Source: Candidatus Aminicenantes bacterium
Lineage (GTDB): Bacteria; Acidobacteriota; Aminicenantia; Aminicenantales; Saccharicenantaceae
Direction: 5' to 3'
Length of the DNA: 64,000 nt
Assembly: GCA_963773685.1 (NCBI GenBank)
Contig: CAVZBY010000011.1
Location: 661,532 to 725,531, forward strand
Shown here piece by piece: positions 51,774 through 60,926 of the stretch. The position numbers and the translations under genes were made by a program. Under the pieces are notes generated by a model that saw only the letters and a list, made by a program, of their open reading frames with translations, did no database searches and was not told the origin of the DNA. The stretch's first letter is position 1; the number at the start of each line of letters is the position of its first letter.

Positions 51774-51859
51774 CATCTCTTAGCGAGCCGCCTTCGGGCG
51801 TCTTGCGGCTTTGGGGATGCATAGAAGTCCTATTTATGGGATAGTCCCAGGAGGATAAG

Positions 51860-53011
51860 ATGTCTGAAGTTGTGTTTATTCTAGGTGCTGGCGCCTCTGC
51901 TCATACCGGAGCCCCGGTTATGAGCGCTTTTTTTAACACAGTTTGTGATCTCTATGAGGATGGAAAGATTAGTGTTGAAGACAAAGAGGCCTTTTCGCTG
52001 ATAAGGGATGCCAAGAGGGATCTAGAGAGAATTTTAGTCAAGGTCGACTTGGACTTGCATAATCTGGAAACCCTTTTTTCCCTTATAGAAATGGGGAGGC
52101 TTATAGGCGTCTTCCCTGGAAGTATACCGATAGAAATATTGCATAAGGCCATACAAAGAGTGATAGTCCGAACGATAGAACTGAAAACCAACTGCTATTT
52201 TGTGCCATGTGATGACGACGCATATTGCTTACTCCTTAGAGAACTTAAGTCGCTCTGGGGCCAACGAAACATATGGCGTAGTTCAATAATCACATTTAAT
52301 TATGATGTTGCGATTGACCTTGCGGTGGAACGTAACGTAGGAGCCATTGACTATTGCCTTCATGAGAAACCGGACAATTCGCCCTGCGGCTACAAATTAT
52401 TGAAGCTTCATGGTTCGTTCAATTGGGCCAAATATAAAGAGAACAATCAGAGCGGAGTTATTCCAGTCTCCGTTAATAGGTTTGTTAATGAGTATTTTCA
52501 ACAACGGGAAGAACGGAAAATGATAACCACCGCAGATTTGCCCATTAAGGTAGCAGATAGATTAAATAATACCTTTCAGATTGATGTGGGGTCCAAGATC
52601 AATAGACTAAGAGCGAACTTCTACTCGGGATATGAAGTGGACTTGCTTGATGATTCTCCATTAATAGTCCCTCCTACGTGGAGTAAAACGGAATACCACA
52701 CAATTTTGAAAAGCGTCTGGGCGCAAGCAGCAAAAGAAATATCTGAGGCAAAGTACATTATCATTATCGGGTATTCTCTTCCCCCAAGTGATCTCTTTTT
52801 TCAATATCTTTTAGCTTTAGGGATGCTTGATATCCACCGCATAAAAGCTTTCTGGGTTATTGATCCAGCCGAGGCTACCATAAAGAGGTACAGGGAATTT
52901 ATCGGAGATCCCATAAAAGCGGCATTCCGCGAGTCCCCACAAGCCTTTAATCACTTTGCAGTCAAGCAAATCCATCAGTTCTTTGAATCGAATGGTCTAA
53001 TCGAATCGTGA
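51860..53011 (+). CDS. SIR2-like (SIR2_2-type) protein, putative NAD+-consuming defence effector
   Basis: SD AGGAGG. VVFILGAGASAHTGAP (Rossmann), SSIITFNYDVAIDLAVE (conserved Asn), YKLLKLHGSFNW (conserved His) and YIIIIGYSLPPSDLFFQYLL. Confidence 0.75.
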   Translation: MSEVVFILGAGASAHTGAPVMSAFFNTVCDLYEDGKISVEDKEAFSLIRDAKRDLERILVKVDLDLHNLETLFSLIEMGRLIGVFPGSIPIEILHKAIQRVIVRTIELKTNCYFVPCDDDAYCLLLRELKSLWGQRNIWRSSIITFNYDVAIDLAVERNVGAIDYCLHEKPDNSPCGYKLLKLHGSFNWAKYKENNQSGVIPVSVNRFVNEYFQQREERKMITTADLPIKVADRLNNTFQIDVGSKINRLRANFYSGYEVDLLDDSPLIVPPTWSKTEYHTILKSVWAQAAKEISEAKYIIIIGYSLPPSDLFFQYLLALGMLDIHRIKAFWVIDPAEATIKRYREFIGDPIKAAFRESPQAFNHFAVKQIHQFFESNGLIES

Positions 53012-53177
53012 GTTTTCAGAATAACGATACTGAGTACTGGAGTGATTTGGTCACGTCGCCTTGAAGGAAGGAATCCGGAAGTACGATTAGGTCTGAAAAA
53101 GGTAGGAGCATTGTATTCGCCCATTAATAGATACAGAAAACGCGTTGGCTCCAAAGTAATTTCCAGGAGAGAATGGA

Positions 53178-53645
53178 ATGAAGGGAGATGGAGTTAGTCG
53201 GCAACTTGTCGGTGAAGCGGGCGTTCATTATGTACTCTCGGAGTTGGCACAACGAGGGTTGATCGCTGTCGCCACCAGTCGGAACGTTAAGGGCCCTGAC
53301 GTGATCGTCACGAATCCGGACGGAACGCGGTTTGCCGCAATCCAGGTAAAGACGCGACGTAATACTGGAGATAAGTTTTGGAATGTCGGGGATAGGGGCT
53401 TGACTTGGGGAGGCCCGAATTGTTGGTATGTCTTTGTTCGTATTAACAATGGAAGGTTCGAGGCCTTTATGGAGAAAGCCAGGAAGGTGAAGGAGTTTGC
53501 TAAGGCAGACTTTGACGAGCTAAACCGACGAGGCAAGAAATCATTTGGGGCATCGTGGGGATTCGGGGCCTATTTCGTTAGGCTCTTCAATGATTCGAGA
53601 ATTGAAGAACGGGCCCGGAAGCAATGGAGAGTATTTAATCTTTGA
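53178..53645 (+). CDS. Small PD-(D/E)xK-like putative nuclease (155 aa)
   Basis: VGEAGVHYVLSELAQRGLIAVATSRNVKGPDVIVTNPDGTRFAAIQVKTR gives an E...D...QxK arrangement, as in Hjc/restriction-endonuclease-fold proteins. Confidence 0.5.
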   Translation: MKGDGVSRQLVGEAGVHYVLSELAQRGLIAVATSRNVKGPDVIVTNPDGTRFAAIQVKTRRNTGDKFWNVGDRGLTWGGPNCWYVFVRINNGRFEAFMEKARKVKEFAKADFDELNRRGKKSFGASWGFGAYFVRLFNDSRIEERARKQWRVFNL

Positions 53646-54248
53646 CAAGGAGCGCAGTGTTCCATACTCTTCGAATTGCACCAGAGTGTGAAGGCGGTCG
53701 ATCCCAAGGCGATTTGAAGGTCCAACAGAGGTTCGTTGAAATCATGCTGTATATGGTCCTGCTCAAGGACGAACCAGTTTTCCTTTTGCACTGGCCATTC
53801 GATACATTGCCCACGCTCAAGGAAATGTTTAGAAATTAGTTCCTGGGGTGAATGAGGGGATTTGAATCTCCAACATTCGAATCCCGACTTCAATTCCGTA
53901 CTCATCAGACATCTATACCATCTTTACAGCTGAAAGTGCTAATACGTAGGGGTCTAGTGGGGGGAGCGAGATATTAGTTTAGAATCCTCTTTAGAAGGGG
54001 TGGGGCGGGTTAAACGGGGTATCCACGGGCGATCAATGAGGCTATCCGACCTCCTGAGCTCTCAGACCTCGGGCATACGGTCTTGGTATCAGGGAATCTT
54101 AATCAACCTACAGCGCAGTCGAGCCACCAAGGGGGAGATGGGTAGGGGCCAAGCTAGCATATACTGCGTTAGTGTTAAAAATGCCTCCGCTTTTTTAGGC
54201 AGGAGAGTGCTCGCACGTCTCCCTAGTCCCATAACTCTATGAGAATCC

Positions 54249-54267
54249 GATGGCCGAATTATTGCCA
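54249..54267. repeat. 19-nt direct repeat, right copy (gatggccgaattattgcca)
   Basis: Identical to 40818-40836. Confidence 0.8.
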
Positions 54268-54372
54268 TTTTATAGTGGAAAATAGCGGAATCCGATGGAC
54301 TTTGACGGAATGGGACGATAGGCCACGCTTCACGCTAAGTGATTGATACTGATTATGTATAAGGGGGAATTA

Positions 54373-54416
54373 GAGAGTAGCCCTGGGGGGACTCGAACCC
54401 CCGACCTGCGGATTAG
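54373..54416. repeat. Island right boundary: 44-bp perfect direct repeat (attR-like) overlapping the 3' part of tRNA-Arg
   Basis: Identical to 40709-40752. Covers 5 nt beyond the tRNA 3' end, the acceptor 3' strand, the T-arm, the variable loop and the 3' anticodon stem, up to the anticodon. Confidence 0.9.
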
Positions 54417-54452
54417 GAATCCGTCGCTCTATCCATACTGAGCTACAGGGCT
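54378..54452 (-). tRNA. tRNA-Arg (anticodon CCT)
   Basis: Hand-folded 75 nt: AGCCCTG TA GCTC AGTATGGATA GAGC G ACGGA TTCCTAA TCCGC AGGTC GGGGG TTCGAGT CCCCC CAGGGCT A. The 7-bp acceptor, D and T stems are all paired. There is one A.C pair in the anticodon stem. No encoded CCA. Confidence 0.9.
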
Positions 54453-54550
54453 GGCTCGGTTAGATGGGTCAAATATAGCCGAATCCCTCGGGGTTTTCAA
54501 TAGAATCGCGCGCCGGGCCCGAATGGGACCGCAGGGTTCGGCCGGGTCAA

Positions 54551-54691
54551 GAATCAGGATTCCAGAGCGCAGGCTAAAGCCTGCGGCTACAAACGGCGAA
54601 TCCGGATTCTGGAGCTCAGGCTAAAGCCTGCGGCACCAAGAAAAGAATCCGGATTTCAGAGCGCAGGCTGAAGCCCGCGGCTGTAAAGAGC
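54551..54691. repeat. Three tandem 47-bp repeats, each with two palindromic elements
   Basis: Units at 54551-54597, 54598-54644 and 54645-54691. Each starts with GAATCCGGATTC (perfect palindrome in unit 2, 1 mismatch in units 1 and 3) and contains hairpin CGCAGGC-TAAA-GCCTGCG. Confidence 0.85.
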
Positions 54692-54726
54692 CTGAGGCTA
54701 CAACGCAAAGACCCGGGATCCCGGCG

Positions 54727-55401
54727 TCAGCTGCCCGGGTTGCTCTTGTACTTCTTGGTGGCCTCGTCGATCTGGGCCTTGTACTTCGCGACCAGGGCCA
54801 GGTCCTCCGCGTTCAGGCTCGGCGATTCGTCGGGCTTGCTCATCTCTTCGATGGAGGTCCGGGAGCTCTTGATCTGGTCCTCGTAGATGGTCTTCATCTC
54901 GGCGTTCAGGTCGGGCTTCTTCAGCTGCTCCTCGGCGATCCTGATGGACTCCTCCATCCCCTGGATCGTCTTCTTCGTCCACTCCTGGGAGCTGATCGTC
55001 ATGTCGCCGACCATGATCCGCCCCCAGACGGCCATGTAGTCCCCGAAATCGGCGAAGCCGTATTTCCGGGCGAAGCCGTTGTATTCCTCGGCCCTTTTCT
55101 CGATGTCCGACATCTTCATCATCTGGCCGCCCTTGAAGAGGACCTCGAAGGGGTTCACGTCCTCCTGGAGGGATTCGATGAACTTGGCCATTTTTGCGTC
55201 GGTGAGATAGGGCTTCATGTAATCGTTGGCCGCGCCGACGTTCGCCGGCGTCGCATCCGCGGCCTTCCGGGCGATCCCCTGGACCGCTTCCGCCGCTTTC
55301 TCCGCCCCGCTCTTCTTGCCGCAGGCGAACGACATCGCCAGGACCATGACCGCCACGATGATGACGGCGATTCTTCCGGAGTTCCGAACTTTCAAATGCA
55401 C
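54727..55401 (-). CDS. Hypothetical lipoprotein
   Basis: GTG start after GGGAGGAGG. VHLKVRNSGRIAVIIVAVMVLAMSFACGKK has a lipobox. The body is a Lys/Glu-rich helical region. Confidence 0.6.
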   Translation of the reverse strand: MHLKVRNSGRIAVIIVAVMVLAMSFACGKKSGAEKAAEAVQGIARKAADATPANVGAANDYMKPYLTDAKMAKFIESLQEDVNPFEVLFKGGQMMKMSDIEKRAEEYNGFARKYGFADFGDYMAVWGRIMVGDMTISSQEWTKKTIQGMEESIRIAEEQLKKPDLNAEMKTIYEDQIKSSRTSIEEMSKPDESPSLNAEDLALVAKYKAQIDEATKKYKSNPGS

Positions 55402-55466
55402 CCGACACCTCCTCCCGAATTTTCCGCAGGCACCGATTATACGCACCTCGAGGAAAAAGGACAGCG

Positions 55467-57060
55467 CTATTTCTTGAACAGCCCGACCAGCTTCCTGAGG
55501 TATTCCAGCACGGTCTTCTTGTTGCTTCCCGCCTCGAGGTCGCCGGCCGAGAGCTCCTTGATCTTCCTGAGGGATTCGAGATTGTTCCGGTTCCGCTGGC
55601 TGACGAGCTCGGCCACGGACTCGGCCAGGCCGGGGTTCCGGGCGAGGATCTCCACGAAAGCCTCGGCGCCGATCTCGAGAAGCTCGGCTTCCTCCTCGAC
55701 GGCGACGGTGGCCGTCCGGGGCATCCCGGTGAAGAGGGACATCTCGCCGACGATCCCCCCGGGCCCCGTTTGGAACTCGGAGCCATAGGACTTCCCGTTC
55801 TCCTCGGCCGACACGCGGCCCTTGACCTTGCCCCGGGCGATGATATAGCAGGCCTCGCCCTTCTCCCCCTGCCGGAAGAGGACCTCCCCCGGCGTGAAGA
55901 CGACGCGCCGCGCAAGGGAAGCAAGCTCCCCGGCCTCGGCGTCGGTCAGGATGGCCTGGCCCGCCCGGTCCCCTTCCTGGTGCCTGAGGAACGAGGAATT
56001 GAGGAGGTCGACGAGATTGCGCTCGACGGCCTTTCGCCGCCGCCTTTTCCGCCCCGCCCCTGTCGACCGTTCTCCAGGACCTTGGCCAGCTCGCCCGCGA
56101 CGGGCACCGGGATGGCGATGCCCAGCCGCCTGAACTTGTACCAGACGCGGCGTCCGACCTCGGTCTGGATGGAGAATTTCCGCTGATAATCCTGGATCCA
56201 GAACTTGAGCAGGTAGGAAACCCCATAGTCGTCGGTCCCGAGGATATAGGCCAGAGGAGCCGGCGAGGCCACCACTTCGGGGACCTCGCGCGCGGCGGCC
56301 TTGAGCGTCTCCAGAACGACGGCGGGCGCCGCTTCGATAGCCGATCTTGAGGGGGAGCGTGATCGCGGCCTTGGGATCGGGCTGGGAGAAATTCGTGATC
56401 GTGCCCGAGGCCACGGCGTTGTTGGGCAGGACGATCATGTTCGAGGCCCGGTCGAGGATGCGGGTCTCGCGCCAGTTCGTTTCCATGACGATGCCTTCCG
56501 TCTCTCCGATCTTCACCCAATCGCCCCGGCTGAAGGAGCGCGTGAAATGGAGCGACAGCCCGGCCAGGATGTTGCCGAGGACGCCCTGCAGGGCGAGGCC
56601 GATGACGGCGGTCAGGATGGCGGACGTGGCGAGGAAGGGCGTGATATTGATGCCGAGGATCCCCTTGAGGATCATGAAGACGAGCAGAAGGTAGAAGACG
56701 GCCAGGATGAATCCGTGGAGTACGCCGGGGACCGGATAGCGCGCCTTCCGTCTGCGGAACCAGGCCTGGATGGAGGCGTCGACGAGGCAGACGATGAAGA
56801 CGACGGCGAAGAAGACCAGGCCCGCCCGGACGAAATCGAAGAACGCGTTCGCGGACGGGCAGGAGCCGCCGCGCCGCGCCCGACGTGAACGCGAGGGCGA
56901 CGAGGATGAACGATGCGGGCAGGGCCAGCCGGGACAGGACGGGGCGCCCGCGAAAGGGCCGCCGGAGCACGGCCGTAAGGAGGACCGCCATCCCCAGGGC
57001 GGCGAACCCTGCGACGATCTCGATGTACAGGGTCCAGTTCGACAGCACGGCATCGGGCAT
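55467..57060 (-). CDS. MscS-family mechanosensitive channel fused to a cyclic-nucleotide-binding domain (3-4 frame breaks)
   Basis: TM region ...ITPFLATSAILTAVIGLALQGVLGNILAGLSLHFTRSFSRGDWVKIGETEGIVMETNWRETRI.... C-terminus ...VFTPGEVLFRQGEKGEACYIIARGKV...GPGGIVGEMSLFTGMPRTATVAVEEEAELLEI is cNMP-binding. Confidence 0.75.
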
Positions 57061-57073
57061 GAGCGCCTCCTCC

Positions 57074-57893
57074 TCAAACGAACAGCCGCAGCCCCTGGCG
57101 GGCGGCGGTCGTCCTTCGAAAATGTTCCCTGGCCGACGCGGCCAGGCCGTCGACGAGGTCGTCCCCGTGGTCGGGGTTCAGATGCGAGAGCAGGAGCTCG
57201 CCCGCGCCCGCTTCCGCGGCCAGCCGGGTCCCCTCGAGCCAGGTCGAGTGGCCCCAGCCCCGCTTCCCGTTCGCGTATTCGTCCGGAGTGAACGTGGCGT
57301 CACAGATGAAGTGGGACGCGCCGGCCGCGAAAGCCGCCAGCTCGTGGTCGATCTCGTCTTCCGGATGCTCGGTATCCGTGGCGAAAACGATGCTTTTTCC
57401 GCCCTCGTCGAACCTGTAGGCGAGGCTCCCCTGCGGATGGCAGAGCCTGTGAGAGGTAATCTTGACGCCGCCCAGGACGAGCCCGTCGGGCGGGAGCTCC
57501 TTATAGGTCTTGCGCGACCGCGTCTCGAAGAGCTCGATAGGAAAGTACTTTCCGGCGACGAGCCCGCCGAGGTACTGTTCCGTCTCCGTGGGAGAGGCGG
57601 GCGCGTAGATGGTGATCTCGACATCCGGCAGGAACAGCGGCGCGAAGAACGGGAAGCCGATGACGTGGTCCAGGTGGAAGTGGGTCAGGAGGAGGGTGAC
57701 CCGGAGTGGCTTCCGCGCCCCGCTCCCGGATGAGGCAGTCGCCGAAATCCTTGATCCCGGTCCCCGCGTCGACGACGATGATCTCTCCCGCCCCGGACAG
57801 GACCGAGGCGCAGGGCGTGTGGCCGCCGTAGCGCGTCTTGTCCTTTCCCGGCGACGGGAACGTCCCGCGTACGCCCCAGAATTGAACTTCCAT
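57074..57893 (-). CDS. MBL-fold metallo-hydrolase (one frame break near 57700)
   Basis: MEVQFWGVRGTFPSPG...IIVVDAGTG, then after a shift ...VTLLLTHFHLDHVIGFPFF (HxHxDH). The tail reads ...GELLLSHLNPDH. Confidence 0.7.
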
Positions 57894-57905
57894 GACGGTC
57901 CTCCC

Positions 57906-59990
57906 CTATTTCACCTTGAGCTCGAAGACGCCGTCCCAGCCGTCCGGGGGCGGGGCCTGGCGGAAGGCCGCGAGCCGCTCCAGATAGACGGCGGCCGGGG
58001 CGTCGGCCGGAAGCCCGCGGAACGCCGCCTCGGCCGCGTCCCAATCCCGCGCCCGGTAGGCTTCGAGGCCGCGCTCGAACGCCGCGACCCTCTCGATCTC
58101 CTCCGCGGTGGCCGTCGCCCGCTCAGCGACCGGCTCGAAGATGCGCACGGGGCGCGTCTTGCCGACGACCCTGATCCTGTCGATCTCGCGGGCGAGGATG
58201 ACGTCCTTGACGGCCTCCCGGGTCTCTTCGCCGATCAGGAGGAAGATCCCGTACTGCTTGCAGGCGCCTTCGAGCCGCGAGGCCAGGTTCATGGTATCGC
58301 CCATGGCGGTGTAATCGAACCTCTTCTGGGAGCCCATGTTCCCGACGACGGCCGGCCCGGAGTGGATGCCGACGCGGGCGAAGACCTCGCTTCCGAACCG
58401 GCGCGCGAATTCCGGCCTCAGCTCGGCCAGCCTTTTCTGACAGCGGAGGGCCGCCCGGCAGGCCCTGAGGGCGTGGTCCGGCTGGTCGAGCGGCGCGTTC
58501 CAGAAGGCGATGATGGCGTCCCCCTCGTACTTGTCGAGGGTCCCGCCCGTCTCCAGGATGATGTCGGTCATCTCGGAGAGGTAGGCGTTGAGGAGCTCGA
58601 CCAGCGCCTCGGGAGAGAGCTTCTCCGAGACCGAGGTGAAACCGGCCACGTCGGAGAAGAACGCCGAGATCTCGCGCCTCTCCCCTCCCAGGTCGAGCAT
58701 GGCAGGGTTCTCGAGGATCTTCTCGATGACGTCCGGGCTCAGGTAATGCTTGAAGACGCTCTTGATGAAGCGGCGCTGGCGCCCCTCCACTCCGTAGTTG
58801 AGGAGAGAAGCGGCGACGGAGCCGAGAAGCGCGGCGAAGACGGGGACGACGAACGGCAGCCACGTCCCCGCCGCAAAGGCCAGCGAAGAGGCCGCCGCCG
58901 GGAGCGCCGCGAAGAGCGCGAAGAGGCCGGCGACCCTCCAGGTCCCGCTCGCGAGGGATACGACGACCGGGGCGAGGAGTGATAGGAGAAGGATATACAG
59001 GAGCGTGACGGCGCCGGACGGGACACGGACGGAATCGCCGTTCAGGAGGTTGTCCAGGGCCGCCGCCTGGATCTCGGTCCCGGGGCAGACGGCGCTGAAG
59101 GGCGTGGGACGCAGGTCGAGGAGCCCGGGTGCGCTCGTCCCGACGAGGACAGTCTTGCCGGAGAATTCCTTGGGATCGATCTGAGGGGGTTTGCCTTCGT
59201 CCATCTGGGCCCAGGAATTGATGATGGCGGCGGCCGACCAGCTCTTGTAGGTCCCGGTCGGTCCGTGATATCGGATGATCATCCGTCCGCGTCGGTCCAG
59301 GGGGACGTTCCCTATTTCCGTCTTCCCGCCGACGAACCTATTCATCGCCAGCGGAAGCGAAGGAAGGACGAGAACGTCGTAGGAAAAGGCCAGCGGAAGG
59401 CGGCGAAAGATGCCGTCCTCATCGGGGGCGAATCTGACGTTGCCGGCGCCGACCGCCGACCGGAGGAGAACCTCGATAGGCAGGGTGACCGAGCGGAGCG
59501 GCTCGATGGCCCCCGCCGGCACCGGCGAGGGCGGCAGGGCGAATCGTGCCAGCTCGCGGACCGCGGCCTCATCCTTGTCCTTGGCCTCCTCGCTGAGGAA
59601 GAACGGGATGAAGACGTTGCCCGAAGCCTTCATCGCGCAGGCCAGGATCTCGTCGTCCTCGACCCCGTATCGCGAGCCCTCGCTCAGGATGAGGTCGAAG
59701 AAGACCGCTTTCGCCCCGCCGGCTTTGAGATAATCGATGATGGCCACATAGATCTGGCGCGGCCACGGCCAGGGAAGGCTCTGCGCTTTTTCATAGACGT
59801 CGAGGCTCTCCTGGTCGATGAGGATGAGGGCGATATCCGCATCCGCGCGCGAGGAAGAAGCGAACAGCCTCAGCCTGAGGTCCCAGGACTTCCACTCCAG
59901 GGGCTCGAAAAGGCCGAGGGAATGGATGAGGAGCGCGACCAGGAATACGGCCCCCCCGACGGCGAGGCCGCGGAGAAGCTTCTTGGACAT
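57906..59990 (-). CDS. CHASE2 sensor-domain class III adenylate/guanylate cyclase
   Basis: Intact 694 aa. Periplasmic CHASE2-like N-terminus (ILIDQESLD...WPWPR...), TM cluster, then ISAFFSDVAGFTSVSE...GGTLDKYEGDAIIAFWNAP...VGIHSGPAVVGNMGS..RFDYTAMGDTMNLASRLE. Confidence 0.85.
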   Translation of the reverse strand: MSKKLLRGLAVGGAVFLVALLIHSLGLFEPLEWKSWDLRLRLFASSSRADADIALILIDQESLDVYEKAQSLPWPWPRQIYVAIIDYLKAGGAKAVFFDLILSEGSRYGVEDDEILACAMKASGNVFIPFFLSEEAKDKDEAAVRELARFALPPSPVPAGAIEPLRSVTLPIEVLLRSAVGAGNVRFAPDEDGIFRRLPLAFSYDVLVLPSLPLAMNRFVGGKTEIGNVPLDRRGRMIIRYHGPTGTYKSWSAAAIINSWAQMDEGKPPQIDPKEFSGKTVLVGTSAPGLLDLRPTPFSAVCPGTEIQAAALDNLLNGDSVRVPSGAVTLLYILLLSLLAPVVVSLASGTWRVAGLFALFAALPAAASSLAFAAGTWLPFVVPVFAALLGSVAASLLNYGVEGRQRRFIKSVFKHYLSPDVIEKILENPAMLDLGGERREISAFFSDVAGFTSVSEKLSPEALVELLNAYLSEMTDIILETGGTLDKYEGDAIIAFWNAPLDQPDHALRACRAALRCQKRLAELRPEFARRFGSEVFARVGIHSGPAVVGNMGSQKRFDYTAMGDTMNLASRLEGACKQYGIFLLIGEETREAVKDVILAREIDRIRVVGKTRPVRIFEPVAERATATAEEIERVAAFERGLEAYRARDWDAAEAAFRGLPADAPAAVYLERLAAFRQAPPPDGWDGVFELKVK

Positions 59991-60004
59991 CCGCCCCGGG
60001 CCGG

Positions 60005-60926
60005 TCAGGGTTTCAGCCCTTTCGCGGCCTGGAGGAACCGCGCCGTCCGGACATCGAGCGTCTTGGGCACGGCCTTCGTTCCCTTGATCAGGGAGTTGAC
60101 CTTGCCGAGCCTGTCCTCGGCCGAGGGATGCGTCTTGAACCAGCCCTTGGCCCCGCCCGCGGCCGGACCGCCGGTCATCGTCTTCAGGAACCGGGCCAGC
60201 CCGTTCGGATCGTAGCCGGTCGCCACCGCGTACTTGACGCCCAGCTTGTCGGCTTCGTACTCGTACTTGCGGTCATAGCCCTTCTCGACCAGGCTCTCGA
60301 CGATATCGCCCAGGACGTTCTCGAAGATGCCCGTGAGCTGGGCCAGCTCCTTGGAGCCGTAACGGGTCGACGGCCTCCTTGCCCAGGATCTTGAAGGCGT
60401 CGACCAGCCGCGATTTCTTGATGGACGCCAGCCCGTGCTTGGCCGAGACGTGGCCGATCTCGTGGGCCAGGATCGAGGCCATCATCTCCTCGTCCTTGCA
60501 GCGCTTGAGGAGCCCCTTGGTGATGAAAACGAACCCGCCGGGGGCGGCCAGGGCGTTGACCTCGTCGGTGTCCAGGATGAGGAAATGGTACCCGCCGTAG
60601 GTCTCCGGCCGGTCGGAGGAGTAGCTGATCGCCCGGCCGCAGGTGTTCACATAATCCGTGAGGCCCGTGTTCCCGAGGACCTTGTATCTGGAGAGGATCA
60701 GGGCCGAAACCGCCCGTCCGATATAGTATTCCTCCTGTTCGGTGATCTCGGAAAAGGTCGTCCGCACGGCCTCGCTCGTCTTGACGATGGAATCCTTGTC
60801 CTTCTCGGAGATCTTCCCCGTATCGCCCAGGACCTTGGCCCCTTCCTGGACGACGGAGCACTGGGCGAAGAGGAGGCCCGCGAGCGCGGCGGTCGCGACC
60901 ATGGAGCCGGAGCGGAGCGCCTTCAC
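60005..60926 (-). CDS. M48-family metallopeptidase lipoprotein (frame breaks near 60230-60380)
   Basis: Signal/lipobox ...LLFAQCS. ...NALAAPGGFVFITKGLL...MMASILAHEIGHV (HExxH). C-terminal piece ...KGWFKTHPSAEDR. Confidence 0.75.

Noticed and set aside
53570-53905. 111-aa minus ORF, overlapping + ORF 53642..53839, and ORF 54000..54242
   Set aside because: They overlap each other and the 3' end of the PD-(D/E)xK-like gene. None has an SD or a motif. The 53646-53905 portion could be a real small convergent gene, but I cannot support it.
54551-54691. Tandem repeats as a possible CRISPR array
   Set aside because: The units are directly abutting 47-mers with no unique spacers, and there are only three copies. 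No cas genes are present in the window.
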